Below, piece by piece: positions 20,517 to 30,760 of a stretch of DNA of 64,000 bases; the stretch's first letter is position 1, and each line of letters begins with the position of its first letter. The stretch comes from Cyanophora paradoxa CCMP329 (taxonomy: Eukaryota > Plantae > Glaucophyta): positions 105,493 through 169,492 of the forward strand of contig QPMI01000189.1 of the NCBI GenBank assembly GCA_004431415.1, read 5' to 3'. The notes under the pieces were generated by a model, which saw nothing but the letters and a program-made list of their open reading frames with translations, made no database searches and was not told the origin of the DNA. The position numbers and the translations under genes were made by a program.

Positions 20517-23500
20517 TTAAGCGAGAATATTATTGTTTTGGAGAGGTCCGACAGCAATCCAATGGAGTTTAAGGGTTCTTTCGTTTTGAGGCACATTCGT
20601 ATAATTGATCGCCGAATAACAAGTAAATATAGCAATCCAAGTGAATTTATTTTTGAACCCAATGCGATTCCCGAACTGATATTCAGAAGAGAGATATATG
20701 CTATTGGTGAAATCGACACTCGTTAAAATAATACTGTTTTCGAGAGTAGCATTAACTATTGGATCACTATAATATGGGGTAGAAAACGTAACGGTTCCTG
20801 ATGCTGTAAACACTTGCCCTACTGTATAAACTTGATTAGGTATAACTACATCCACTGTCCCCTGTTGCACATATGCATTTGGATTTACATAGCTACCGAA
20901 ATTCGTGAGCAACTCGATGCTGTGATTGTGAGTAGGTGGCGAAGTAGGTGTGTTAATCAGATCATCATAATTTCCACTTGTAGCCACAGCATGTAGGTTT
21001 GGTGTGTTTATCAGATCATCATAATTTCCACTTGTAGCCACAGCATGTAGGTTTGGTGTGTTTATCAGATCATCATAATTTCCACTTGTAGCCACAGCAT
21101 GTAGGTTTGGTGTGTTTATCAGATCATCATAATTTCCACTTGTGGCAACAGCATGTAAATTCGGTTTAGTAAATAATCTATCCCATGTCCCATTGAAAGG
21201 TAGTGTAGATTCGGATATTATAACACTTTGATCGATCCAGCGAGGTATGTAAGTGGTGAAATCGGGAATTCTTGCTAAATCATAGTAATCACCTGAAAAT
21301 GCTACACTACTCCAAGTTGGCTTCTCAGTAATATCAGTCCATTTACCACTAAATCCCGCCGGGACATCTGTGAGTTCTTTGTAGCTCACCTTTTGTTTTG
21401 GTATGGACAGCTCAATGGGTGAGAATGCATCTGAAAGTGCACCTAATACATATTCTGCACCTAAGTGGACAACAGGGAATGATTGATCATTGGGGGTATC
21501 CACAAAGAAATTCGAAGCATGCACATCACCTGCAATAGTTCCACCTGTTAGTGGTAAATAATCATGATCGTGTGAATCAGGTGGATAGGTCGATGGGGGA
21601 TTGACAATATGCTCCCAGAAATGCTTGTGAACATTGGGTAATTCAAGTCGACTAAATGGAGTGTTTGGATCTAATACATATTCAGCACCAAGGTGGACAA
21701 CAGGAAATGTTTGATCATTTGGAGTGTCCACATAGAAATTCGGAGCATGCACATCACCTGTGAGAGTCCCGCCTGTAAGGGGTAAATAATCCCCAAGAGC
21801 CGACGTTAATTCTGTATCTGTTACATAATCTTCAAGAATTGCTGCAAGTTCTGTATCGTCTACATAGTTTTTACTTTCGAGGTAATCATCTGTTACCACA
21901 CCTGAAAGGGTTGTATTGTGTAAGTTTTTAGCCGCCATTCTCTGATTGACTTCTAAGGCGCCACCTGTTGTTGTTTTAATCCACGCCATCTCGCATTTTC
22001 CGTGATCATCGTATGGTTGTCCCACAAGTGGGATGTAATTGAATTTCGAGCGACTAAATATAATTTTCGGACGTGAACCATCGGTTGCGCTTACATCTGT
22101 TACATTCACTTGTAAAATGGCGTCTTTGTCATCATAAGTTGCTGGATCAGATGGAAGCGGTGGTAAACCTGCTGTAACTGGGATATCCGCATTATAATAA
22201 CTTGTTAAAAATATACCTGGTTTGGTGTCTATTAATGCATCGCCACCAGCTGCTACTAATGTTGTTCTTGTGGGTTGTTTAACATATAGCTCTCCTTCCA
22301 TTGTGGTGCCTGCTTCAATTCCTTTTCGGTGTAAATAGTATTCACTTAATTGTAATCTTTCAGGAATGGTGTCACTCTGATAGAAACTAACCCCATAAAA
22401 TCCGTCACCATTTACTAAATCACCTGTCGATGCAAAACGTGGTTTCTCATCTATTTCCTCCCATGGGTGCCTGTGGTTACTATTAGTTATCTCTGAGTAA
22501 TCATGTGTGTGTTTTCCAGGTGGGAAGGTCGATGGCGGATTCGTGATATGCTCCCATAAATGAGTGTGGGCGAAATCTGTTATTTGATCTTTTGTGTGAG
22601 TGTGTGCAAAATCTGTAATATCTGCTTTTGTGTGTTTTTGCTTTGCTAACCAATCTAAAACAACATTCGATGTCGGATGATTTGGTAGGTTTGCTTCAAT
22701 CTTCACAGTGAGATAATCGACTATTACATTACTTCCATTAATATTACTTGCCCATAGGTTACTGCCATAAATGTTACTGGCATAAATGTTACTGGCATAA
22801 ATGTTACTTGTAACTGTAAGGTTTGATGAAATTGTAAGATTAGATGAAATAACACCACCTTTGAGAGACAAATAATCATGAGTGTGTGGATCAGGTGGGA
22901 AGGTTAATGGTCGATTGGTGATATGCTCCCACAAATGCTCGTGAGAACTGGGCGGATAGGTAAATGGGGCATTGGTGATATGTTCCCACAAATGCTTGTG
23001 AGAATTGGGTAGTTCGATTCGACTAATTGGGGTGTTGTCGCCCAATATAAATTCGGCACCTGTATGCACGACCGGGTTTCTTTGGATATACATATTTGAT
23101 GCACCTATTACAGGTGCTATTATGGGCACATCCGAATTAACGAGATTGCAAGTGATGGAGAAAATGGTTTTAGGGGCGAATAGATTGCAATCAAAGGTCA
23201 CAGTAGCTGGATCAATAGTAGGATCGACGTTTGAACAGATCTGAAACATCCACCCACCCACACAGTTGCAATTTAGATTTCGAAAGACTGTTCCCGCCAT
23301 TGCATCCACATAGCCAATCCCATTTGCTATGTCATATATGTGACCAAACTCGTAACCAAAAATGTCATTCCACAGGTTGGAAGCCATAGCTCCCATCACA
23401 TACCCTTTTAGATCTACTATCAGGTCATTGGATTCACTGGGTATATTGGCATGGGTTATATAAAAATTATTATCCAATACCGCATTCTTTATTGTCGTTT

Positions 23501-23519
23501 CTACTATGGGTTCAGTCAT
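20517..23519 (-). CDS. Tail-fibre-like protein (1000 aa) with HxH and other fibre repeats
   Basis: Repeats of H(K/E/T)HLWEHITN.P..FPP..HTH, HTHTK.DITDF, YLPLTGGT and 4x LHAVATSGNYDDLINTP. C-terminal QQGTV…GTVTFSTPY..DPIV resembles lectin/gp53-like fibre tips. Confidence 0.75.
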   Translation of the reverse strand: MTEPIVETTIKNAVLDNNFYITHANIPSESNDLIVDLKGYVMGAMASNLWNDIFGYEFGHIYDIANGIGYVDAMAGTVFRNLNCNCVGGWMFQICSNVDPTIDPATVTFDCNLFAPKTIFSITCNLVNSDVPIIAPVIGASNMYIQRNPVVHTGAEFILGDNTPISRIELPNSHKHLWEHITNAPFTYPPSSHEHLWEHITNRPLTFPPDPHTHDYLSLKGGVISSNLTISSNLTVTSNIYASNIYASNIYGSNLWASNINGSNVIVDYLTVKIEANLPNHPTSNVVLDWLAKQKHTKADITDFAHTHTKDQITDFAHTHLWEHITNPPSTFPPGKHTHDYSEITNSNHRHPWEEIDEKPRFASTGDLVNGDGFYGVSFYQSDTIPERLQLSEYYLHRKGIEAGTTMEGELYVKQPTRTTLVAAGGDALIDTKPGIFLTSYYNADIPVTAGLPPLPSDPATYDDKDAILQVNVTDVSATDGSRPKIIFSRSKFNYIPLVGQPYDDHGKCEMAWIKTTTGGALEVNQRMAAKNLHNTTLSGVVTDDYLESKNYVDDTELAAILEDYVTDTELTSALGDYLPLTGGTLTGDVHAPNFYVDTPNDQTFPVVHLGAEYVLDPNTPFSRLELPNVHKHFWEHIVNPPSTYPPDSHDHDYLPLTGGTIAGDVHASNFFVDTPNDQSFPVVHLGAEYVLGALSDAFSPIELSIPKQKVSYKELTDVPAGFSGKWTDITEKPTWSSVAFSGDYYDLARIPDFTTYIPRWIDQSVIISESTLPFNGTWDRLFTKPNLHAVATSGNYDDLINTPNLHAVATSGNYDDLINTPNLHAVATSGNYDDLINTPNLHAVATSGNYDDLINTPTSPPTHNHSIELLTNFGSYVNPNAYVQQGTVDVVIPNQVYTVGQVFTASGTVTFSTPYYSDPIVNATLENSIILTSVDFTNSIYLSSEYQFGNRIGFKNKFTWIAIFTCYSAINYTNVPQNERTLKLHWIAVGPLQNNNILA
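20947..21162 (-). repeat. 4 x 54-bp tandem repeat (18 aa PNLHAVATSGNYDDLINT)
   Basis: Units start at 20947, 21001, 21055 and 21109. Confidence 0.95.
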
Positions 23520-23556
23520 TATACTCTATTATGGAATACTACAAAAATTAAGGTTG

Positions 23557-26500
23557 TTACATAACGTTTGGAACATGTTCATATATTCTCCCTTCTCGCT
23601 GTGCCATTTCCGCCATAAAGTCTCTATCATTGTTCATCGTTTGCTCTGCCAATTCTTGTGCTCGTGATTTTTTGGGTGCTGCCCTATTTGCTGGTGGTCG
23701 GTCAGTCCTCACAACACTAAGACCATGCCCCTCGGCTGACCTCACCTCTAACCCAACATCTCCTTCGGCTGTTTGGGTCACATTCAGCTCAGGTGTTGAG
23801 TATTTATTTCCTGCACCTGCAATGGTTCTGTCTATGCATGCACAACACAAAGCTCGGAATTTGTATGCAAGCACAAGCCCAAGAGCACCGAGAATCGGCA
23901 AAAGAATCATAAGCACTAACGTTCCTGGATCAGTTCCCGGTGCTCCGACTGGATTTGTAGGATTTGTGGGATTATTAGGTGTTGTAGGATCAGTGGTAGG
24001 TGGGGTCTGTGGGTCTGACTCATCAGGAGGCAAGTTAGGATCTGAATCTGGGGGCGGTTCCGTCGACCCTGCTAATGAGGTTGGCGCTGTGTATGCATTT
24101 GCAAACACGATGGGAGCCGTCGCTGGATTTCCTGTGGAGGATCCTGAGATTGCACCATAGGTATCTGACAGATATTTATACAATTCCTGTGTCACAGGTG
24201 GATTGCTCACAGATCGACACACCCAAATATTGCATGTGGTATCATAGACTGTGTCCCTGATAAAGGGCGGTAGAGCCGTCCCACTGAATGACTCAAAGAA
24301 TCCATTTCGCGATAGCAATCGATGCCCTGCATCACAATTTCCACCCTCAAAATATTTGGTAGCCGAAATCGCACCTTGCACATAAATATTGCATGTCGAG
24401 TGCAATCCAATGTTATTTAGGTTAGGAGTGTATCTGTCATCAAGCCGGACAGTGCACACCCATGGGGAAGCGGTTTTTATATATTTCTTATCGCCTGCTG
24501 TGATCACATCAGTGTTTGGGTGGCTGTCAATTTGGGTAGCAATAGACTCATATTTGTAAGAGTAATAAACTAAGAGACCATCTGTGGAGGATGTAAAATA
24601 AAAGAAGTCTCTCATGAAGTCTGTGGATCCAAAGAAGTCAGCATTGGTCGATGTTAGGGTGACTCTGGGATAGCTCATGTTGACAGTCTCAGAAGGATAT
24701 GGAATATAAGAGGTGTAATAGCGATTTAACAGATAATAGTAAAATCCATCTGAGACATTCGAGTGAGTGGGCAAGGTGACTGTTAAGGTCTTACTGCGAT
24801 CCTCAAACGTTTTCTGTATGACAATGTTGCAAGTATTAATATATCGAGAATCGAAAAAGTAATTATTTGTGACTCTATTATCGATCAAAGTCGCATTGGT
24901 TCCATTAAACACGAAATTCTGCCCATTGATCCTCGTAGTGTGAATGTCTGTAACATCGAGAGGATACCTTATTTTTAATCGATCTTCGGGGTCAAATCGC
25001 GGAATAGTTCCTGTTGCCTTCCAACTGATAGTAAAGGGAGGAGCAAGGGACACTGCTGGGATAACAGAGAGATTAAATTTCGAAAAATACAACCCAACAG
25101 GATACCCTGACAGAGCATATGTCACTGTTGCATTTCCGACAAGTGTGAAGCCGGTGGTTGTAATGTTTGTCGCAACAAATGGGGAGTAGCCGGCTGGTGC
25201 ATTGTTAATAGAGGTGGTCGACCCATTATTGATCACATACAAATTCGTGTCAGTTATTTCAATAGTAGGAGGGGAAACAAATGGTGTCTCAAATGTGAAA
25301 TTAAAATTCGCTGGAACCGCTGCAAGGTATCTATATGTTGTTGCTGATATCTCGGATGCCTGGAATACTTTGCTTCCCCTCTGCACTACATTACTGGTGT
25401 CTTTCACATTGTGATAGGATATACTGGGAGTCGGGGAGAGCACCAACGAAATAGCATCTGGTAAATCAGACTTTGTAATATACAGCTCTTTAAGATACTC
25501 CTTTTTGAAAGGGGCGGTCAGATCTCCAATAGTAGCCGATGAACCTGCGACTACAATATTACAGGTGTTTGCACTCAAAGAGTAAACTGTGTTCCACCTT
25601 AAAGAATTCGCCCCAAGATCGAAATTCTGTGAGAAGGGCACGATATTGCTACCTTGTAAATCTCGGTAAACCTTTACTCTGGGTTTGCTATCGAATTCAG
25701 GGGTGATATAATTGATGGTAAGAGTGAAACTAATAGTAGCTTCGGAAGTCAATAAGTTGTTTCGGATGATAAGTAAATTGTATGTCTCGTTAATGACAAA
25801 CGAAACCTGAAACCCTGTGGAGGTGACATTTTGGATAAACGCTTTATTAGATTCATTATTGTTAGTGATAGGATTATAATAAGTTGTGTGATCCACCAAT
25901 GAAACAGTGGGTATACTCTCCAAACCTGTGACACCTAACTGATCCCAAGTGAATGTATATGTAGGTTTGCCTACATAAGCGACATAGACCCCATTTGCGA
26001 GCTGCTGAGGGTATCCCTCGACAGTGTAGGTCTCAGTCCGCGAAACTGAGCGGGAAAGGTTGCTATTAAAGTCGTTGTAGCTGATCAGAGCTCTCTCATC
26101 AGTGGGTAAATCACTGGGTCGGACTGAGTGATTGAAAGGCAAGATTATGTTACTTGTTTTTGAGGTCGTGCTATAAAGGTTAGTCGTGTGCAAGTCATCA
26201 AACCACCCATCATAGGCATACACATTCAGCCATTTCTTAACAGCATCAGTGTTAGACTGCCCGAGATTAAACTGATGATCGAGCAAAGGCACCAAATCGC
26301 GGGATAAATACATGATCGCATCAGTGATGGTGATTGCACCTGTTAAAACAGCGAGCCCTGCCGTGTTTGCTGCGGTAGCAATTGATAAACCCGAGATTTC
26401 GAGATCCTGGGCTACATCTCGCTCGTTTCTTGTGAATCGCTCACTATAAAACTCCTTTACAAGGTCGACCCCCATGACCTCAATTAAATGCGGTCGAGTG

Positions 26501-26871
26501 AGGGTGATATTGCTTGTGATGCTCTGCGAATATTTAACAGGATCCCATTCGACGACAGCTGTCAGTGGGATGGGGCGGGCTTTATTGATTTCGTGCTGGA
26601 AGGTTCGCACTGTGGGGAAATTGCTGCCAAAGAATGCAACAGGTGCGCCCCCATGATATATTACGAGGGCTGAGTTATCAGTGCCATAGGTAAAAGGGAG
26701 ATTGCTGGTGATATCGATATATTCAAGGTTGCTCTGGTTTAATAGAAAGTCTTTTACCACAAGGTTCGAGGATATGGTCACATTGGAAGCGGTAATGTTA
26801 CTGCTGAGCTCGAAACCGTCATCCAAATACAAGGTTTCCCGAGTGATAAAGGGGAGATTCGTGATACTCAT
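23557..26871 (-). CDS. Fibre-like protein (1104 aa) with Pro/Thr linker, C-terminal transmembrane helix and tail
   Basis: Two P…F(N/D)LG…W..VY fibre motifs, FTFETPFVSPPTI and SN/TCNI beta repeats. These are followed by a PPPDSDP…PTNP linker, LVLMILLPILGALGLVLAY, CCAC and a ~90-aa charged tail. Confidence 0.7.
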   Translation of the reverse strand: MSITNLPFITRETLYLDDGFELSSNITASNVTISSNLVVKDFLLNQSNLEYIDITSNLPFTYGTDNSALVIYHGGAPVAFFGSNFPTVRTFQHEINKARPIPLTAVVEWDPVKYSQSITSNITLTRPHLIEVMGVDLVKEFYSERFTRNERDVAQDLEISGLSIATAANTAGLAVLTGAITITDAIMYLSRDLVPLLDHQFNLGQSNTDAVKKWLNVYAYDGWFDDLHTTNLYSTTSKTSNIILPFNHSVRPSDLPTDERALISYNDFNSNLSRSVSRTETYTVEGYPQQLANGVYVAYVGKPTYTFTWDQLGVTGLESIPTVSLVDHTTYYNPITNNNESNKAFIQNVTSTGFQVSFVINETYNLLIIRNNLLTSEATISFTLTINYITPEFDSKPRVKVYRDLQGSNIVPFSQNFDLGANSLRWNTVYSLSANTCNIVVAGSSATIGDLTAPFKKEYLKELYITKSDLPDAISLVLSPTPSISYHNVKDTSNVVQRGSKVFQASEISATTYRYLAAVPANFNFTFETPFVSPPTIEITDTNLYVINNGSTTSINNAPAGYSPFVATNITTTGFTLVGNATVTYALSGYPVGLYFSKFNLSVIPAVSLAPPFTISWKATGTIPRFDPEDRLKIRYPLDVTDIHTTRINGQNFVFNGTNATLIDNRVTNNYFFDSRYINTCNIVIQKTFEDRSKTLTVTLPTHSNVSDGFYYYLLNRYYTSYIPYPSETVNMSYPRVTLTSTNADFFGSTDFMRDFFYFTSSTDGLLVYYSYKYESIATQIDSHPNTDVITAGDKKYIKTASPWVCTVRLDDRYTPNLNNIGLHSTCNIYVQGAISATKYFEGGNCDAGHRLLSRNGFFESFSGTALPPFIRDTVYDTTCNIWVCRSVSNPPVTQELYKYLSDTYGAISGSSTGNPATAPIVFANAYTAPTSLAGSTEPPPDSDPNLPPDESDPQTPPTTDPTTPNNPTNPTNPVGAPGTDPGTLVLMILLPILGALGLVLAYKFRALCCACIDRTIAGAGNKYSTPELNVTQTAEGDVGLEVRSAEGHGLSVVRTDRPPANRAAPKKSRAQELAEQTMNNDRDFMAEMAQREGRIYEHVPNVM

Positions 26872-26889
26872 TTGTAATATAAGATTATT

Positions 26890-27862
26890 TTAACCCGATA
26901 GCACCTCTAATATAAAGCTGTGATTAACGCCATTAAAGTTGACTACATTATTGTAGGCGTCGAGCCATTTAATTGTGAGGGTGTCTATATCATAAGCCTG
27001 ATCGTGGGAATTAAAGAACTCCACAGTATCGATTCTGCGGAATGTCAGGTAGTAAACAAACGATCCCAAGGGGCTGGTTAGTGGGATCTTAGCGAGGTTT
27101 GCATTTCCGCCCTCATCTGTCTTTGCTGCTACCATATACCTGTCGTAAAAGGGAGTAAACTCTTTAATTTGTAGGTAAACATAGGGGTCGGATTTAGATT
27201 AATCGCATTTGGAAGGTCACTGCATGTTCGAGAGGGAATGGAAGCACAGATATTCCGGCGGGGTATTTTGTTTTGCCCTCATAGGCTTGTAGAAATGAGT
27301 ATTTTGGATTGCTGGGTGTGAGGGGTAAATAGTCTACCGTGAGATGCTCTGAACCCTCACCAACTGGAATTGTTTGATAAATATCCCCTTTGATCATTCC
27401 ATGGAACCTTGCGAAGTCGTCATGTGCACAGCTCAGTGTGAGGGGAATGCTCGAATAAAACGTAATTTTCATAGTCGCTGGATTATAGAGCCACTTGTAG
27501 TAAACTGTGACGCTTTCGCTTGTGAGAGGGTTTACATCGACAAAGCTGCCCGAATAGCCTAAGTTCTTATTACCATATCCCCAAATCGCTGGGGTGTAGT
27601 TCCCAATATCAGGGAAAGGGGAAAAGGTGATGGTGTTCGTCATTCCCTGTATGGTCACGCCTCTGGAATTATCGGTGACAGCATAAATCGTGTTTGGGAG
27701 CTCGGCGCTCGCAATGCGCACCCCTTTTACGTTCAGAAGTCGCTGAGAAAGCTTTACTGTATATTCTCCCGGGTGCCCTGCACTGCGCTCAATAGAATCG
27801 ATATTAACATTGACCCTCGTAAACTTGCCATTATAGAAATCGTTAACTGGCTTCCGAATCAT
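26890..27862 (-). CDS. Minor capsid (penton)-like protein 1, broken by two 1-nt deletions (~324 aa restored)
   Basis: N-terminal NIDSIERS…YTVKL…NVKGVRIASAELPNT and GNY. Restored junction FPNAINLKSDPYVYLQIKEF. C-terminal LAKIPL…LTIKWLDAYNNVVNFNGVNHSFILEV. These are single-jelly-roll penton-type motifs. Confidence 0.7.
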
Positions 27863-27889
27863 TTTTATTTCCTATTAATAAAGAATAAA

Positions 27890-29175
27890 ATGCGCGAGTA
27901 TCTCAGCATCAGTAGCCGTGATCGATCAGAGGGCTCGGCTCATTCCTATAAGGTGACCCTTCCAAAGCAATACCACAATGTGAAGAGCATCGCTGTGCGA
28001 CAGATCGAATTTTCCAACACGATTCCCACGGTTCCAAGCCCTCAATTCTATACTGAGATCGGGAAACGAAAGCCGATGATGCTAATACGATTTTCATATC
28101 ATTTCCTTACCGATTTTCGAGCGGTCAGCTGAATGGTGCCACTCAGGAAATCAGAGATTCACAGGCAACTGCAATATATGACGCTTACAAAGCCATAGAT
28201 GCTGGCGACCAAGGCAACTATATACCGCCTGATTACCTAAACACTTTCAGAAGATATACCCGATACAGAGACGTAGCAATTACGATCCCTCCGGGCACAT
28301 ACTCGACTGGAACCGACCTTGCCACTGCAATCGATAACATCTTAACGAAAAATGGAACTGGCAACTACATCAAGGATATGATCGACACAAAAATTAATCC
28401 AAGCTACGCATCGACAGGAGGAACCTTTTACCCGGTGGTGAGATGTCGTTTTGAGAGCACATTAAATGCTATATGCTTTTATTCGAGTGATTATGTCTAC
28501 ATAGCTTTCACGAAATATGGACCGAGTAATGCCACTGCGTCTACTGCGAATGAAAGAAAGGTGCTCGCCTATCGCACGATGACTCTTCTCGGGTTTACAT
28601 CGATCAGAGAGAATATAATGATAGATCAATACAACGGATCGGGCTACACAGCCTTCGCTGGGAGCGGTGTCGTTTACTCAGCTGGTGATGCATTCCGCAA
28701 TTATAATTCGACGGCTCTGGTCTTAGGCATAGCCGGAGGCACTGCCCCGGATTATACACCGGATAATGCAATAGTTTTAAAGATCACAGAGCCGGACTGC
28801 TCGCTTTTTACGACATGCACCGAGGCTACTAATGGATTCCTCGCTAAGATCCCGATTTCGAAAGGCACAGCCTATGCTGATGCTGAGCTAATTAATTATG
28901 GGGCGGATGCTTTCACGAAATACTTTAACACCCGCCTCTCCTTTGATAGTTTAACCGTTCAAATTCTCACGGAGAGCGGTTATAGGTATTTCCTCGGAAG
29001 CTGCGAGCACACATTCATTTTGGAAATTACTATGGGAGTGGATGAGCCCGACGACGATTTACAGCGCATTGTTAATAAGGGATTCGCGAAAATGCTCTAT
29101 GAGGACTACCCGCATTGCGGCAATTTAACGAATGCGTTGAGCGGGGTGGCTGTAAAAAATAATCCGTTCTTCTAA
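27890..29175 (+). CDS. Minor capsid (penton)-like protein 2, one 1-nt frameshift near 28062 (~428 aa restored)
   Basis: MREYLSISSRDR…YKVTLPKQYHNVKSIAVRQIEF, ITIPPGTY, FLAKIPI and FDSLTVQILTE…EHTFILEI parallel penton-like protein 1. Confidence 0.7.
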
Positions 29176-29208
29176 AATAAATTTCTCAGCGGAAGATAAA
29201 AACGAAAT

Positions 29209-30655
29209 ATGGATCCCACGACCTCGCTTAGCCGCCTCACGCTCAAATCCGTCCTCGAAACCCCGGAGGATTACAAGAGCATGCTTTTGGATCGCGGATT
29301 TATCGTGGGTGTGGACAAACAATTCAAGCCTTCTCGTGTGGAGGTGCTCCCAATTGCGGATCCCGGCAATCTGTTCTCCTCTACTGGTGCTACCACTCGT
29401 GTGGTCTTCTATCTCCCTCGCTACAATTGGTGCAATGGTATTAGCCTCCAAGTTACCATCCCATCGGCGAAGGCGCTGACTGCCATCGCCAAGACCTCTG
29501 CTGACTGCTCGGCTGATCTATTCAATACTGGATTCGTCCGCGGGCTTCCTGGCTCGTTTGTTCAGCGAGTCAGCATTAAATACGGGTCGTATGAGCAAAT
29601 TATTCCCGCTGAGCGACTGGTAGATTACGCTTTCCTGGCTAACACTCCGGCTGAATTCGATCAAAAGAAGCGCAAGCATGGGCTGCATCTCGGACCGAAG
29701 GTAGAGGGCGGCAACCAAGCTGGCGGCATTTTTACCATGCGAATTCCGAGTTTCCTCGATGCTGGCGTGCCCATCGGTGCGCTCCCATCCGAAATCGCGG
29801 TCGAAGTATATTTCCAAACCCCTGCGCTTCTCGAAACTGCGGCGGTTCCTGGCGTTTACGCTCAGAATAACGCCGCTGCAATTACTGCGACCAATTCTAC
29901 TGATGGCGAGACAACGCTTGCTCAAGCGGCTGCTTTCGGAAATATTAAGACCTTAGCTCACTCGGGTGCCACTGCGATTTTCGATAGTGCGGCTCTCACA
30001 CCTACACCTGCTCTTGCGAATCTGGAAATGACGACCCTCGTCTTATTATGGATGCTGTTAACATCGATGAGGAAACGATGGGCGAAATCATTACTCGTGT
30101 TAAGACCTCTGGCATCGCCATCCCATACACTGATATTCAGTTTGCGGATTATACGGTCAAGCTCTCGGCTCCGGTCTCCGCCTGTCACTATCTCAAATTT
30201 CTGGACTTGTTTACGCACTTGTTGTCAAGATTCGCGACGAAAATGCACTCGGCAACAATTTCGGAGGGCACTCTACTGTCCGCACCCTTGCCTTCGATGA
30301 TAATGTCGTGATGCAAGTTCTAAATAACAACAATTACCTATATTCCAACACTGGTGTCCCGCTGCAATCCGCGGCTATGGAGCTCGCCGATAAATTCAAG
30401 ATGACTAACTGGATCGATAGCAACAAGCGCCCCATTTACACTGGCTTCTGCTTTGCCCTCGATGGTAAAGCGGCGCTCAAAGGTGAGAAGGCGACTGGCT
30501 ATGTCGATCTAACACAATCAGCTTCAAGTTTCCTGCTGCTCACACCAAATGGCACACCCCTCGCCACCTGGACAAAGGTCGGTGTTCAGATCTCGGCTTA
30601 CTGCCACAATATTCTTGTGATGAATGCCAATGGATTGGCACGCGTGACGGCATGA
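29209..30655 (+). CDS. Probable major capsid protein (double jelly-roll), two 1-nt frameshifts (~482 aa restored)
   Basis: Three overlapping ORFs (29209, 30048, 30308) join with two single-base insertions. The size, beta-strand pattern (VVFYLPR, VQRVSIKYG, SQISGLVYALVVKIR, YCHNILVM) and position between penton and ATPase fit an MCP. The fold is inferred, not confirmed. Confidence 0.6.
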
Positions 30656-30760
30656 GGACTGTCGCGGGCAAAATTTGATGTCATTTTTCTGACGTTTTCC
30701 ATAGGAAAACTACTTAAAGAAAAGGCAAATACATAGAGTAAAGGGAAGGAAAGATCAAAA

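Noticed and set aside
19133-26871. Bacterial prophage or contaminant contig suggested by tail-fibre motifs and low GC
   Set aside because: No terminase, portal or tail-tube genes. The region lies within TIRs and a TSD alongside Polinton-type pPolB and integrase, inside a reconstructable host intron.
28055-28070. Programmed -1 frameshift at GGGAAAC in penton 2
   Set aside because: The heptamer is read GGG-AAA-C, not in the X-XXY-YYZ phase, and six similar single-base losses elsewhere lack slippery sites.
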